DNA from: Hyaloraphidium curvatum SAG 235-1
Taxonomy: Eukaryota > Fungi > Monoblepharomycota
Length of the DNA stretch: 64,000 nucleotides
Direction: 5' to 3'
Assembly: GCA_025558095.1 (NCBI GenBank)
Contig: JAIVFI010000026.1
Coordinates: 248,001 to 312,000, forward strand
A model generated the notes under the pieces. That model was not told the DNA's origin and did not search any database. It saw only the letters and a list, made by a program, of their open reading frames with translations. Both the position numbers and the translations under genes were made by a program. Below, piece after piece: positions 1 to 9,962 of the stretch; within the stretch, counting starts at the first letter, position 1; each line of letters opens with the position of its first letter.

Positions 1-483
1 CGCGCTCTTGGATTGGCTACCCGGCGACTCCAAAGACCCCGCGCTCGGCCCAGACGGGGGCCACTACTACACCGCGGGCCTGCCGGCGCGGGTGGACCTG
101 CACCCGTACGTTTCCCCTCTATTCGCCGACCCCGCGAAGATCCGCATGCCGTGCAGGTCGGCACGGCCGAGCGGCTGCGCGACGAAGGCCTCGCGTTCGC
201 GCTGCGGACGGGTGCGAGGTGCGAGGTGTATGACGGAAAGGTGCACGGATGGCAGTGTGGAGCGCCGTACGGGGACGTGGGTGCCGAGAGGGCGGTGGAG
301 AACATCGCGTTGTTCCTGGGCAAGGCGGTGCGGGAAGGGTTGCAACCGGAGGAGCGGACGGGGTTCAGCTTCTGGTCGGGCGCGGAGTTTCGAACCGTGC
401 GGCACCTCTCGCGAACCGAGATCGAGGAGGCGCTGGAGCACGCGAAGGAGGAGGCAGGAATGCTCGGGAACGTCGCCCAATGA
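1..483 (+). CDS. 3' part of an alpha/beta hydrolase (HSL-like lipase/esterase), 5'-truncated by the window, with an apparent frameshift near 150
   Basis: HPYVSPLFAD in one frame, then VQVGTAERLRDE...YDGKVHGWQ (acid and His motifs of HSL-type esterases) in another frame. The frames switch at ~148-152 with no room for an intron. Stop TGA at 481-483. Confidence 0.7.
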   Translation, partial: RALGLATRRLQRPRARPRRGPLLHRGPAGAGGPAPVRFPSIRRPREDPHAVQVGTAERLRDEGLAFALRTGARCEVYDGKVHGWQCGAPYGDVGAERAVENIALFLGKAVREGLQPEERTGFSFWSGAEFRTVRHLSRTEIEEALEHAKEEAGMLGNVAQ

Positions 484-513
484 AGACCACGCGCTTGCAC
501 ACATCCGCATCCC

Positions 514-2255
514 TCAAAGCTTCGGCTTCTCCCCCAGTCTGAACCAGTTCCTTCCCCCGTCCTTCCCGCCGTCGTTCCACGCCCACCCCTCCATCCCGAT
601 CGGCTCCACCTCCCCCCCCGTCAGCACCCCCACCGTTCCCGCATCCTTGCCGTCCACGCATGCGAGGAACCTCTTCCCGTCCAGCCGCCCGATCACCCAG
701 CCGCGTTCCGGGGCGCCGGAGCGGGAGTACTCGACGGTGTAGGTCTCGATGGTTGCGCGGGTGGGGGCGCGAGGCACGCTTTCGAGGAGGGGTGGGGGAG
801 CGGTGGGAGGGGGGTATTGGTAGGGGATGGGGTTGGACGAGGGGTACGGGCGGCGCGGGGTTTCGGTGGAGAAGAGGACGACGTGGTGCTTGGTGAGGAA
901 CTGTGAGGTCCATGAAAGACAGGGTCGATGGCGGATCAGTTGGCGCCATCGGAGTTCCCGCCCATGATGCCCCACCTCGCCGTTCCCGTGCACGAGCCCG
1001 ACCTTCCCCCTACCTTCCCGCAGCGCCCGCACCACCGCCACCGCCCCGTGCCCCGAGTAGTTGATCCCCCCGAAGAACGTGTTTCCCCCGCACAGGCTCA
1101 GCGGTCTGTCCGTCCCTCTGGGATCGATCCCCAGGTGGCGCGCCGAGATCTTGACCATGATCGGGAAGCACGAATACAGGTCGATCAGGTCGATGTCCTT
1201 GGTCCCCGACAGCCCGGCGGCGGCGACGGCGGCCTCGAAGGAGGCCTCCATGGCGAAGGAGCGGGAGTATGAGGAGCGCGCGAGGATGTCCGTGGAGTCG
1301 GAGGCGCCGGCGCCGCCGAGGACGTGCACCATCTTGGAGGCGGGTATGCCGAGGCGTTTCGCGGCGGAGGCCGAGGCGATGACGACGGCGAAGGATTGGT
1401 TGCAGGGGAGGATGGCGTTCATGAGCAGTGGGTCTGTTTTGGACGCGATCAGCGAGCAGCGCGGCGCACGGAGGTCGGCGACCGACATGGGTAGCAGATC
1501 ATGCGGTTGCTTGGCGAGATGGTCGAGATTTCGTCCGCGGTCTTGGCCCCGTCGCCATAGAACCACGCGCCCTCGTTGGTCTGCGCGATTTTGCTCAGCT
1601 CCGCGTACTGCACGTGCGATCCAGTCAGCCACTCAAGCCGCCTCGATCCCGCGACAAAGCAACCCACTATCTCGGCCGACTCCCTGTCGGCCTCCTTCTG
1701 CGTCTTGCCCTGCGCCGCACGCAGCGCCAGCTCGAACATCGGATAGATCTGCACCGGCTTGTCGAGCCCGTGGCGCTCGCACAGGTCCGACGCCATGCTG
1801 TACTTCCGCTCGCGGGAAGACCCGAGCGCCGTGCGCGCGGGGGCTGTCCACCCCGCCGGCGCGGTTCCGTTCTGCGCGGCCCACGCGTTGAGCGAGTACC
1901 ACGCCTCGCCGCCGGCGACAACTGCCACGTGCGACTCGCCGCGGGCGACGCGCCGCGCGGCCTCGTCGAGGTACCTCATCGGCGTGTTGCCGCCGATGTC
2001 GGCCGTGACAACCGTTTTGGGCTTGACTCCCAGGCGGCCGGACAGGTGCTCCGCGGGATTGCTGTAGAACCAGCTCGTGGTCATCATGCACGTGACGTCG
2101 TCGACCGCCGCGCGAAGGGCCGCCGGGTCGCCGCCCGAGTCGGCGAACGCGAGCTCGACGGCCTCGGCTGCGAGCGCCAGCGGCTCCCTCGCGTCCTCAA
2201 GCCGCCGCGACTTGTTGCGGACCTGCGCCACGCCGATGATGACGGGCGACTCCAT
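514..2255 (-). CDS. Thiolase-like (acetyl-CoA acetyltransferase family) protein with C-terminal extension, multi-exon
   Basis: MESPVIIGVAQV...GGNTP...GGEA; DLYSCFP; LSLCGGNTFFGG.NY; GLVHGNG; C-terminal ATIETYTVEY domain. Ends KPKL (PTS1-like). Short introns join ORFs 1449..2354 and 514..1632. Confidence 0.85.
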
Positions 2256-2761
2256 GGCGTTGAAGACAGGGAGGTGCCTGTTGTGGGAGACGTGTGGCAA
2301 AGCGTGGCGGATTGCGAGCAGCAAGGGGAAGGGTAGCTTGACAGCTTTTGGCAAGGCTGATCGATCCTAGCAGCAGATCTACCTGCATCTTTCTTCACTT
2401 GGCAGCCGACCCACCAATGCACGACGCGTGGCGTCTTTCGGGGCGGCCGTAGCGGTCCATGCCTCAGCCTCCACTCCGTGGTCCTCCCTTCCGCGGGAGG
2501 GCCGCGGTGCGCCCAGCCCCCACCGCTCGCGACCACTTGGAACCCAACCGGGGGGCCTGTCCCATGGAAAGGATTTTGATGCGTAGCGATCCGTATGAGC
2601 ACGGAGCATGCAGCTCTCCGGTCCAAGTCCCGGTAGCTTGCGCTGTCGCGACGGGCCACAAAGCGTCGGTGCAGGCAATCAAGATGGTGCTCCGACCAAA
2701 GGTACCCGAAAGTTTGGGCGAGCATGGCAACGACCGACTCGCCGCTCTTGCGAAATGCGGC

Positions 2762-3394
2762 CTAGTCGGCCTTGTTCTTGGCCGTGGCGAGCGGCACGGG
2801 CGAAAAGCCAACGAAGTTCTCGACGGAGCCACGAATCGTCACTGCCGACGACGTGCGCGAACCACCTTTCCTCGCTCCCCCGCCGGCCAGCAGAGCAGCA
2901 TGCTCCCCCTCATCGGTGTTTTCTCTGTCCCTTCGCTCCCGCTGCACGACCGGGAAGCGGACGTCGAGGCCCGGCGGCGGCTCCGTGTCCTCCCCGGACA
3001 TGTGCAGCCGCCAGCCTGCGGGGCAAAACAGGTCCTTCGAGTCCCAGAAGGTCTTCCGCTCCAAGTTCAGCCTGCCCACGACGAAGGAGCCAATGGGCAA
3101 GTCTTTGCTGGGCAGCGCCGAGTCCCACAGCGGCAGGCGGCCGCCCCTGCCGGCGGCGATGAGCACGTCCTCTTCGGAAGGCCAGCGTTCTCCGGCCGCC
3201 ACGCACGGACGCAGCTCGAGGCACACGCGCGCCCGCGACGTGAGGCCAAGCGCGTCGCCAACGGCGTCGTACAGCCCTACGAGGTGCCGCGCGCGGGAGG
3301 GAGATACCGCGAACCAGTACCCGCGGGGCAGCACGCGGACGATGAAGCTGTCGCGCCACGAGTCCGGAGGTCCGTCGGCCGGTCCGTTTGGCAT
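2762..3394 (-). CDS. Hypothetical protein
   Basis: ORF from MPNGPADG with globular-looking composition (DSFIVRVLPRGYWFAV, FWDSKDLFCP). No recognised motif; 3' end uncertain. Confidence 0.4.
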   Translation of the reverse strand: MPNGPADGPPDSWRDSFIVRVLPRGYWFAVSPSRARHLVGLYDAVGDALGLTSRARVCLELRPCVAAGERWPSEEDVLIAAGRGGRLPLWDSALPSKDLPIGSFVVGRLNLERKTFWDSKDLFCPAGWRLHMSGEDTEPPPGLDVRFPVVQRERRDRENTDEGEHAALLAGGGARKGGSRTSSAVTIRGSVENFVGFSPVPLATAKNKAD

Positions 3395-3499
3395 TTTGGC
3401 CGCTTGGCTGCGTTTTCCCTTGAACTTGGCGCTCAGTTGCCCTTGCCTCACCACACCGCCGTCTGCTACGCGTTTCGAGACCCTGCGGAAGAGCCCCGA

Positions 3500-4228
3500 A
3501 TGTGCTCTCTGGCTTTTTCCGCAGAAGACGGAAGGGAACGACCAGCCCAGGCCGAGACCGGGGAAGACGCGCCAGCCGAAAGACCTGCAGCCAGCACCAC
3601 GTCAGCGGTAGCGCCCGCAAGGCCTCCGTCCTTGCGCTACCTCTTGCCCTAGTCGGAAACCTCAGACGTTTTGGTTCTACCGGACTTTGAGGCCGACTTT
3701 GGCTCTGCGCTGTACCGCACAGCTTCGGACAGGGCTTCTGTTCCCTGGCCGTGGGGCCAGGTTGTCATGTTTGCCCTGCCCAATGCCGTGCTGCAAACGT
3801 GGAAAGGACGGAGGGCACTTTCTCCTCGAAATGATGGTTCTTTTGCCGTTGACTGGAAGGAGCTGGAGACCCTTCTCCACAATCAGGGCACTCTGGTACT
3901 CTGGGACATGTACCTCACCGAGAGCTTCCTCGAGACGCACACCTTTTTCCTGAGACAAGGACTTTTTGTATTCCTGTACTACTGTGGTGTGTACTGCCAT
4001 TCCGTGCAGGGTCACCTTGAACCACCCCTAATCTCAGGGATGTCACTCCACGTCCGCATCAAGGCAAACGAGTTTGTTAAATTCGGCGTGATTGGGATGC
4101 TGGGCTACATGATCGGCGCTCTGGTTGGCCTAGAGTGGGCTCGAATGTGGAGATCTGAGGCTGCATTTGGGACGGTCGTTGCCAGCATCCTAGTGCACTT
4201 CGTGCGGATCTGGAACAAGGACGACTAG
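3500..4228 (+). CDS. Hypothetical membrane protein
   Basis: ATG 3500; a putative 45-nt GT..AG intron (3608-3652) joins in frame to ORF 3671..4228. C-terminal hydrophobic segments (FGVIGMLGYMIGALVGL, AAFGTVVASILVHFV). Lower GC than the flanks. Confidence 0.45.
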
Positions 4229-4547
4229 AGCTCGTGGCGACCACAACGAGATGCTTGCATGGACGCAGCCTGGAGTTCCAGTTCCGGGTCGTGAACACCA
4301 GTGGAGTCCAACGTCACCCACTCGTTGCTGCAGCCGCTTCCCTTGTCTTCCAGGGCGGGGGGTAACAGCACCCGAGCAGCGGGGCTTGCGCGCAAAACCT
4401 GACGGAAAAGGGCATCCGCAAGTGTACCCGCGACTGGCGGCCGGGTGAACCCCGTCGGGCGGCTATACGGGGGCGGGGACACGGACTGACGGCCCCATCA
4501 GGTTGGCCCGCACCAATCTCCTCCAATCGCGTCTTCCGTTCCCCGCC

Positions 4548-5591
4548 ATGTCCGCGCCCGTCGTGCTCATCACCGGCTGCTCCGACGGCGGCATCGGCTC
4601 CGGCCTGTGCCTCGCCTTCCGCCGGCGCGGGGCCAAGGTCTACGCGTCGGCCCGCCGCGTCGAGGCGATGGCCGCGCTGCCGCCCGACATCGAGCGCGTG
4701 GAGCTCGATGTCACCAAGCCAGAGTCGATCAAGACCGCCGTGAACGGCATAATTGCAAAGGAGGGGAGGATAGACGTGCTCGTGAACAACGTTGGCAACG
4801 AACCGCGTCGGACGATGGGACGGACTAACGGGCGCGTCGGCAGGCGGGCGGGGGCGGCCTCGCAGGCCCACTGGTGGAGGTCCCGCTCGATTCCATCAGG
4901 GAGCTCTTCGAGATGAACGTGTGGGGCCTCCTTGCCGTGACCCGTGGGTGGAGTCCGCCGGACCGGGGACCAAGGCCCGACCCTCGCGTTCGTGACCCTC
5001 CCAGAGGAAGTCGCGCCCCACATGGTGCGCGCCCGAAAGGGACAGATCGTCAACATGGGCTCCCTCGCCGGCGAGCTCGGCATCCCCTTCGCGGGCGCGT
5101 ACGGCATGTCCAAGTGCTGCGTCAAGTTCGCCTCGGATGCGCTGCGCAGCGAGCTCGCGCCCTTCGGCGTCGGCGTGACGCTGGTCAAGTTCGGGTTCGT
5201 GGAGAGCAACATCGGCAAGAACAGGGAGGTGCGGTTCGGGGACTTTTCCCGGGCCGTGCCGGGGACGCTGTGGAGGGACTGGCTGCCCAGGTTCGACGGC
5301 AAGGCGGCGGGCGGGGGGACGGACAAGCCCATGCCGCAGGAGCAGTTCTGCGACCTCGTTGTCGGGAGGCGTGGGTGGACGCGTTCGGCTCGCTCCATAT
5401 GCCCATCTGACCTTGCGCTCGCCCGGCCAGTGCTGCCCATCTCCCGCGCACCCCGCGACATCTGGGCCGCCCGCCCTTACATGCTGGTCTGGTTCGTCGG
5501 ACTGCTCCCCTGGTTCGTCCAGGACTTTGTGGCCAAGCGGATGTTCGGCCTGTCGGGCAAGGCAAAAGCGATCGAGGGTGCGTCTTCTTGA
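4548..5591 (+). CDS. Short-chain dehydrogenase/reductase, AYR1-like (1-acyl-DHAP reductase family), multi-exon
   Basis: VVLITGCSDGGIG, DVLVNN|AG, GQIVNMGS, YGMSK (YxxxK), LRSELAPFGV; introns at ~4791-4843, ~4945-5005 and ~5362-5430. Confidence 0.88.
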
Positions 5592-5638
5592 GGGTCTCCG
5601 TCGTTGCCAAAAGTGCTATAGAGCCTTCATCCCCTGGA

Positions 5639-6717
5639 TCACCCGCACGTCGTGTTCATGGTCAGCGTCACCCCGCTTCCCTTGAGCACGCTCCACAACC
5701 CCGCGCCGACGGTGAACGCGGTCACCAGCGCCGTCCGCGCCACCCCCGCATCCAACACCGCCCCCGCGAACTTCGCCAGGAACCCTCCCGCCCCCCGTCC
5801 GTGCGCGGCAAGGATGTCAGCGTGCCGGGTCGCCAGCCCCCTTGCGCGGGCGCGCGGGCCGGGTGAGTCGGTGCCGGTCGGGTCGGCGGAGGCGGAGCGC
5901 GAGGCCAGGTCGCGGAGCAGGGATTCGGCCTGCGAGTGCAGGGAGAGGATGTGGCCGACCTGGGAGTTGCTGACGACGTAGTTGGCCACGTCGATTGCCG
6001 TGTACACGGCGGCGTAGAGCAGGGCCACGGAGGTGAACCCGACGACGCAGTTGCCGAAGGCGATCGAGGCGACGCCGATTCCCACGGCGAGGAGCGCGAG
6101 GATGGCGATGTGCGGGCCGGCGACCCCAGTGCGCAGGCGGGTGAGCCAGGTGGGCACGAGAAGGGTGTGCAGGAAGGCGTAGGGCTCCGGGACGAGGATG
6201 CGGGGATCGTTTGTGCAGGCTGGGGGGCCGTCCAGGACAAGGCTTCTGTAGCGGGCGTCGAGGTCGCGGAGGGCGAGGAGGACGGCGCGTCGGTGCAGGC
6301 GCAGGGAGAGGTGCAGCACGGCAGGGTTGGCGGGGATGTTGGCGGCAATGATGATGACCAGGCCGGCCTGGTTGGGCCCGAAGTAGAGCACACGAGGAGG
6401 ATCAGGGACCACGGGGTGGTCCACGACAGGCCGCCGTAGGCGACGGCGGGCATCCAGAAGAAGGCCGTGACGAGAAGCTGGGTTAAGACAAAGCGGGCCG
6501 TGCCTTCCGCAACGCGCAGCGCGGCGACGCGGCCCGGCAGCTTCCCTGCGCAGGCACTTCTCGCGTCCGCAACCGCATCGTCGGAGGGCGCGGGAGACAG
6601 CCCCGGCGGGGGCTGCAGGGGCGCCGGGACCAGCGCCAGCAGCTCGGGGGCAGAGAAAGGCGGGGCTGCAATCGTCTGAATTGCCACCGCCGTGCCCTCC
6701 GGCTTGTCCAGCTCCAT
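5639..6717 (-). pseudogene. Degenerate copy of the 7-TM membrane protein at 8310..9836
   Basis: Highly similar to 8310..9836 but lacks ~143 codons (DARSACAGK versus DARAADP...CPCAAEACAGK) and has a 2-nt TG insertion at ~6389-6393 that shifts frame (LLVCST versus LLVLYF). Confidence 0.75.
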
Positions 6718-7129
6718 TGTTGTGGGGGTGTTTGCTCTGGGACGAGGCCACGAGGCGTCCCGCGAGCCTCGCTGCCCGAACCGCACGTAGAACCGCAGTC
6801 AATATATTGGCGCCACTTTTATCGCCTTGCATAACGCGTGATCGGGCACCATCTACAGTATGGACCCCGCTTCCGCGGCCTGTCGGGCTTGGAGCACCCC
6901 AAGAGCCGACGGGCACAAGTCGAGCGTCGTTGGCATCGTACGCATCGGTGCTGCAGCTGACGTATAACGCGTCGTATGAATGTATTCACCTGAACTGAGC
7001 GCTGCTAGCGATGCCATGGCCACCGTGAGTTGCGTAATCCGTCGGGGGAAGGTGGCTGTGCGGGCGGCGAATCCACGGTCGGCCCGCCAAAGCGCCGTGC
7101 TCCGCGCTCCTTCCCAATCACACGCCACC

Positions 7130-8184
7130 ATGGCCTTTCTCGACCGCTTCCTGCAGTCCCCCGCGGCTTTCGTCCCCGGCCCGGTGCCCGGCGGCGAGCT
7201 GGTCGCCGTACCGACGCGGCATTCGGTGCTCCGCGTGTTTGACTCGGGCCCGCGGGACGTGGAGAAGACGGTGATCCTGTCGCCCGACACGCCTTGTAGG
7301 AGATCCCGCGCGAGCAGCCACGCTCTTTTCTCTGACGACGCGCCGGGACAGGTACCATCGAGCACCACCTCGATGCCCTCGTCCCCGCCCTCCTCGCACG
7401 CGGCTACCGCGTCATTTCCTTCGACATTCCCGGCTCCGGCTTCTCCACCGTCCGCTCCTCCTACGGCTACTCCTTCGACGACCTCGCCGACGTCATCGCC
7501 GACCTCGCCTCCGCCCTCCTCCCCCCCGGCCGCCGCGCCGCGCTGGCATTCACCTGCGCCTCCTCCTTCGCCGCGCTGCTCGCCGCCCGCCGCCGCCCGG
7601 ACCTGTTTTCGCACGTCGTCGTCGCGCAGGTGCCGGAGCTGGCCCAGTCGCAGGCCTGGGTGCGGAGGATGGATCCGTCGGGCACGATGGCGGCCGCGGT
7701 GTGGGGGCAGCTTGCCTTGTGGTGGAACAAGGAAAGGATCGCGAGGGGGTGGTTCGTGAGCGCGCTGCCGAGGGGGTCGGGGATGCTGCCGGACGTGACG
7801 GCCAAGAGCGTCGAGATGCTCAGGAAGGGGGGATCTTACTGTGGGTCCTCGTCTGCGAAGCTCCCGCCTGCATATGGATTGATGCGACTCTTGCGTCCCG
7901 TAGGCCTCGCGAGCATGTTCCAGTCCATCGTCGCCGCGGACGTCGCCGCCCTCGAGCCCCGCCTCGTGACTCCGCAGCCGGCGGGGCTGATGTGGGGCAA
8001 GCGCGACCGCACGCACAGCAAGTCGGACGGCGCGAGCGCGAAAAAGTACCTGCCGAACCTGGTCGCGCACGAGGAGGTCGAGTGCGCGCACTTTCCCGAC
8101 ATCGAGCTGCCGTCAAGGTTCGCGGACATGGTGGACAGGGTGATGCAGACCCCGCCGACCGCGGGAGCGGAGTCCAAACTATAG
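7130..8184 (+). CDS. Alpha/beta hydrolase with Cys at the nucleophile elbow, PTS1-bearing, multi-exon
   Basis: Spliced model: ILSPDTPCTIEHH, YRVISFDIPGSGFS, LAFTCASSF, WGKRDRTH, AHFPDIE; ends ESKL. Confidence 0.82.
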
Positions 8185-8309
8185 ATTCCGAACGATCACG
8201 CGTTTTGCACAGCAGGCTAATTGATGCCAATAGAATGGCTGCAGTGTTATCCGAGGTGCGGGCAGGGACTTCGAGGGGCGCCTCGTCCAGAAAACCACCC
8301 CCGGCCACC

Positions 8310-9836
8310 ATGGAGCCAGACAAGCCGGAGGCCTTTCCAAAGGAGACGCCGACGGTGGCATTTCCAACGATTGCAGCCCCGCCTTTCTCCGCCCCGGAGA
8401 TGCTCGCGCTGTTCCCGGCACCCCTGCGTCCCCCTCCCGGGCTTCTGTCTCCCGCGCCGCCCGACGACGCGCTCGCGGACGCCCGCGCGGCCGACCCCCT
8501 CACGCGGAGCGCGCTGCTCGACGCGCTGCGGCCGTGGCCGCTGCTGCACGCGGAGGTGCGCGCGCAGCAGCTGCTGCTCCCCGTCGCCGCGCGGTTCCCG
8601 CTGCTCTCGCTGGCCGCCAACGCGTGCGGCCTGGCGATGCTCGCGCCGCAGTGGGTCTTTGCCGATCGGCTGGGCCGTTTCTCTCCCGCGGAACTCGGAT
8701 TCGGCACCGCCGTCACCGCGGCGTTCGCGGTCTGGCTGCTCGGCGTCACCGTGTTCCTGCCCCTCAGGGTGTACCGCGCCCGTTTCGCACCCGCCGCCGA
8801 TCTCTCCGGGCATCCGTGGGCCGTCGTCGCGCGGTGGTCGCAGCTGTGCGCCTCGCTGCCCCACTCGCCCCTCCTGCGGCACGATCCTGCGGACGACCTT
8901 TGCCCGTGTGCAGCGGAGGCGTGCGCAGGCAAACTACCGGGCCGCGCCGCGGCGCTGCGCATGACGGAAGGCGTAGCGCGCATCGTCTTCACCCTCCTCC
9001 TCATCAACCCTTTCTACTGGATGCCCGCCGTTACTTACGGGCTCTACTCGTGGACCACCCCCTGGTCGCTCGCCCTCCTGGTCCTCTACTTTCTAACCAA
9101 CATCGTTACCCCGGTCATAGCCATCGCCGCCAGCATCCCCTCCAACCCCGCCGTGCTGCATCTCTCTCTGCGCCTGCACCGCCGCGCCGTGCTCATCACC
9201 ATGCGGGACCTCGCCGCGCGCTACCGGAGCCTGCTCCTCGACGGTCCCCGCGCCGCCCCGGACGACCGCCGCATCCTCGTCCCCGAGCCCTACGCCACGC
9301 TGCACACGCTCCTTGTTCCCACCTGGCTGAACCGCCTCCACACGGGCGTCGCCGGTCCGCATGTCGCGCTGGTCGCGGTCCTCGCCGTGGCCGTGGGCGT
9401 CGCTTCGATCGCCTTCGGCAACTGCGTCGTCGGCTTCACCCTCTTTGCCCTGCTCTACGCGGCCGTCTACACCGCGATCGACATGGCCAACTACGTCGTC
9501 AGCAACTCCCAGGTCGGCAACATACTCTCCCTCCACTCGCAGGCCGAATCCCTGCTCCGCGACCTGGCCTCGCGCTCCGCATCCGCCGACCCGACGGGCG
9601 ACTCCCCCTCCGCGGTGCCCCGCGCCCGCGCGCGGGAGCTGGCACGGGACCACGCCGGCATCCTCGCCGCGCACGCCCGTGGGGCGGGCGGGTTCCTGGC
9701 CAAGTTTGCGGGGGCGGTGGTCGATGCGGGGGTGGCGCGGACGGCGCTGGTCACCGTGTTCACCATTGCCGCCGGGCTGTGGAGCGTGCTGAGGGGGAGC
9801 GGGGTGAGGCTGACGATGAACACGACGTGCGGGTGA
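8310..9836 (+). CDS. Seven-TM membrane protein of an uncharacterised family (candidate 7TMIC/GRL-like)
   Basis: Intronless ORF from ATG 8310; seven hydrophobic segments, a CPCxxxxC loop, LSLRLHRRAV helix, and C-terminal KFAGAVVDAGVARTALVTVFTIAAGLWSVL. Confidence 0.85.
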   Translation: MEPDKPEAFPKETPTVAFPTIAAPPFSAPEMLALFPAPLRPPPGLLSPAPPDDALADARAADPLTRSALLDALRPWPLLHAEVRAQQLLLPVAARFPLLSLAANACGLAMLAPQWVFADRLGRFSPAELGFGTAVTAAFAVWLLGVTVFLPLRVYRARFAPAADLSGHPWAVVARWSQLCASLPHSPLLRHDPADDLCPCAAEACAGKLPGRAAALRMTEGVARIVFTLLLINPFYWMPAVTYGLYSWTTPWSLALLVLYFLTNIVTPVIAIAASIPSNPAVLHLSLRLHRRAVLITMRDLAARYRSLLLDGPRAAPDDRRILVPEPYATLHTLLVPTWLNRLHTGVAGPHVALVAVLAVAVGVASIAFGNCVVGFTLFALLYAAVYTAIDMANYVVSNSQVGNILSLHSQAESLLRDLASRSASADPTGDSPSAVPRARARELARDHAGILAAHARGAGGFLAKFAGAVVDAGVARTALVTVFTIAAGLWSVLRGSGVRLTMNTTCG

Positions 9837-9962
9837 CGGGGGGAAGGGCGGAACAGGGACGGTGCCGATCGGCATCCGGTCGAGGGAGGCTTGCTGCAGG
9901 TATCTTGCGGGGAAGTTCTTGTCTTGTCTCGGGACGGCAGCACGTGCATGCTTTCCGCGGTC

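Noticed and set aside
5639-9836. Transposon with long terminal inverted repeats
   Set aside because: The inverted similarity is confined to paralogous coding sequence; no transposase or target-site duplication was seen.
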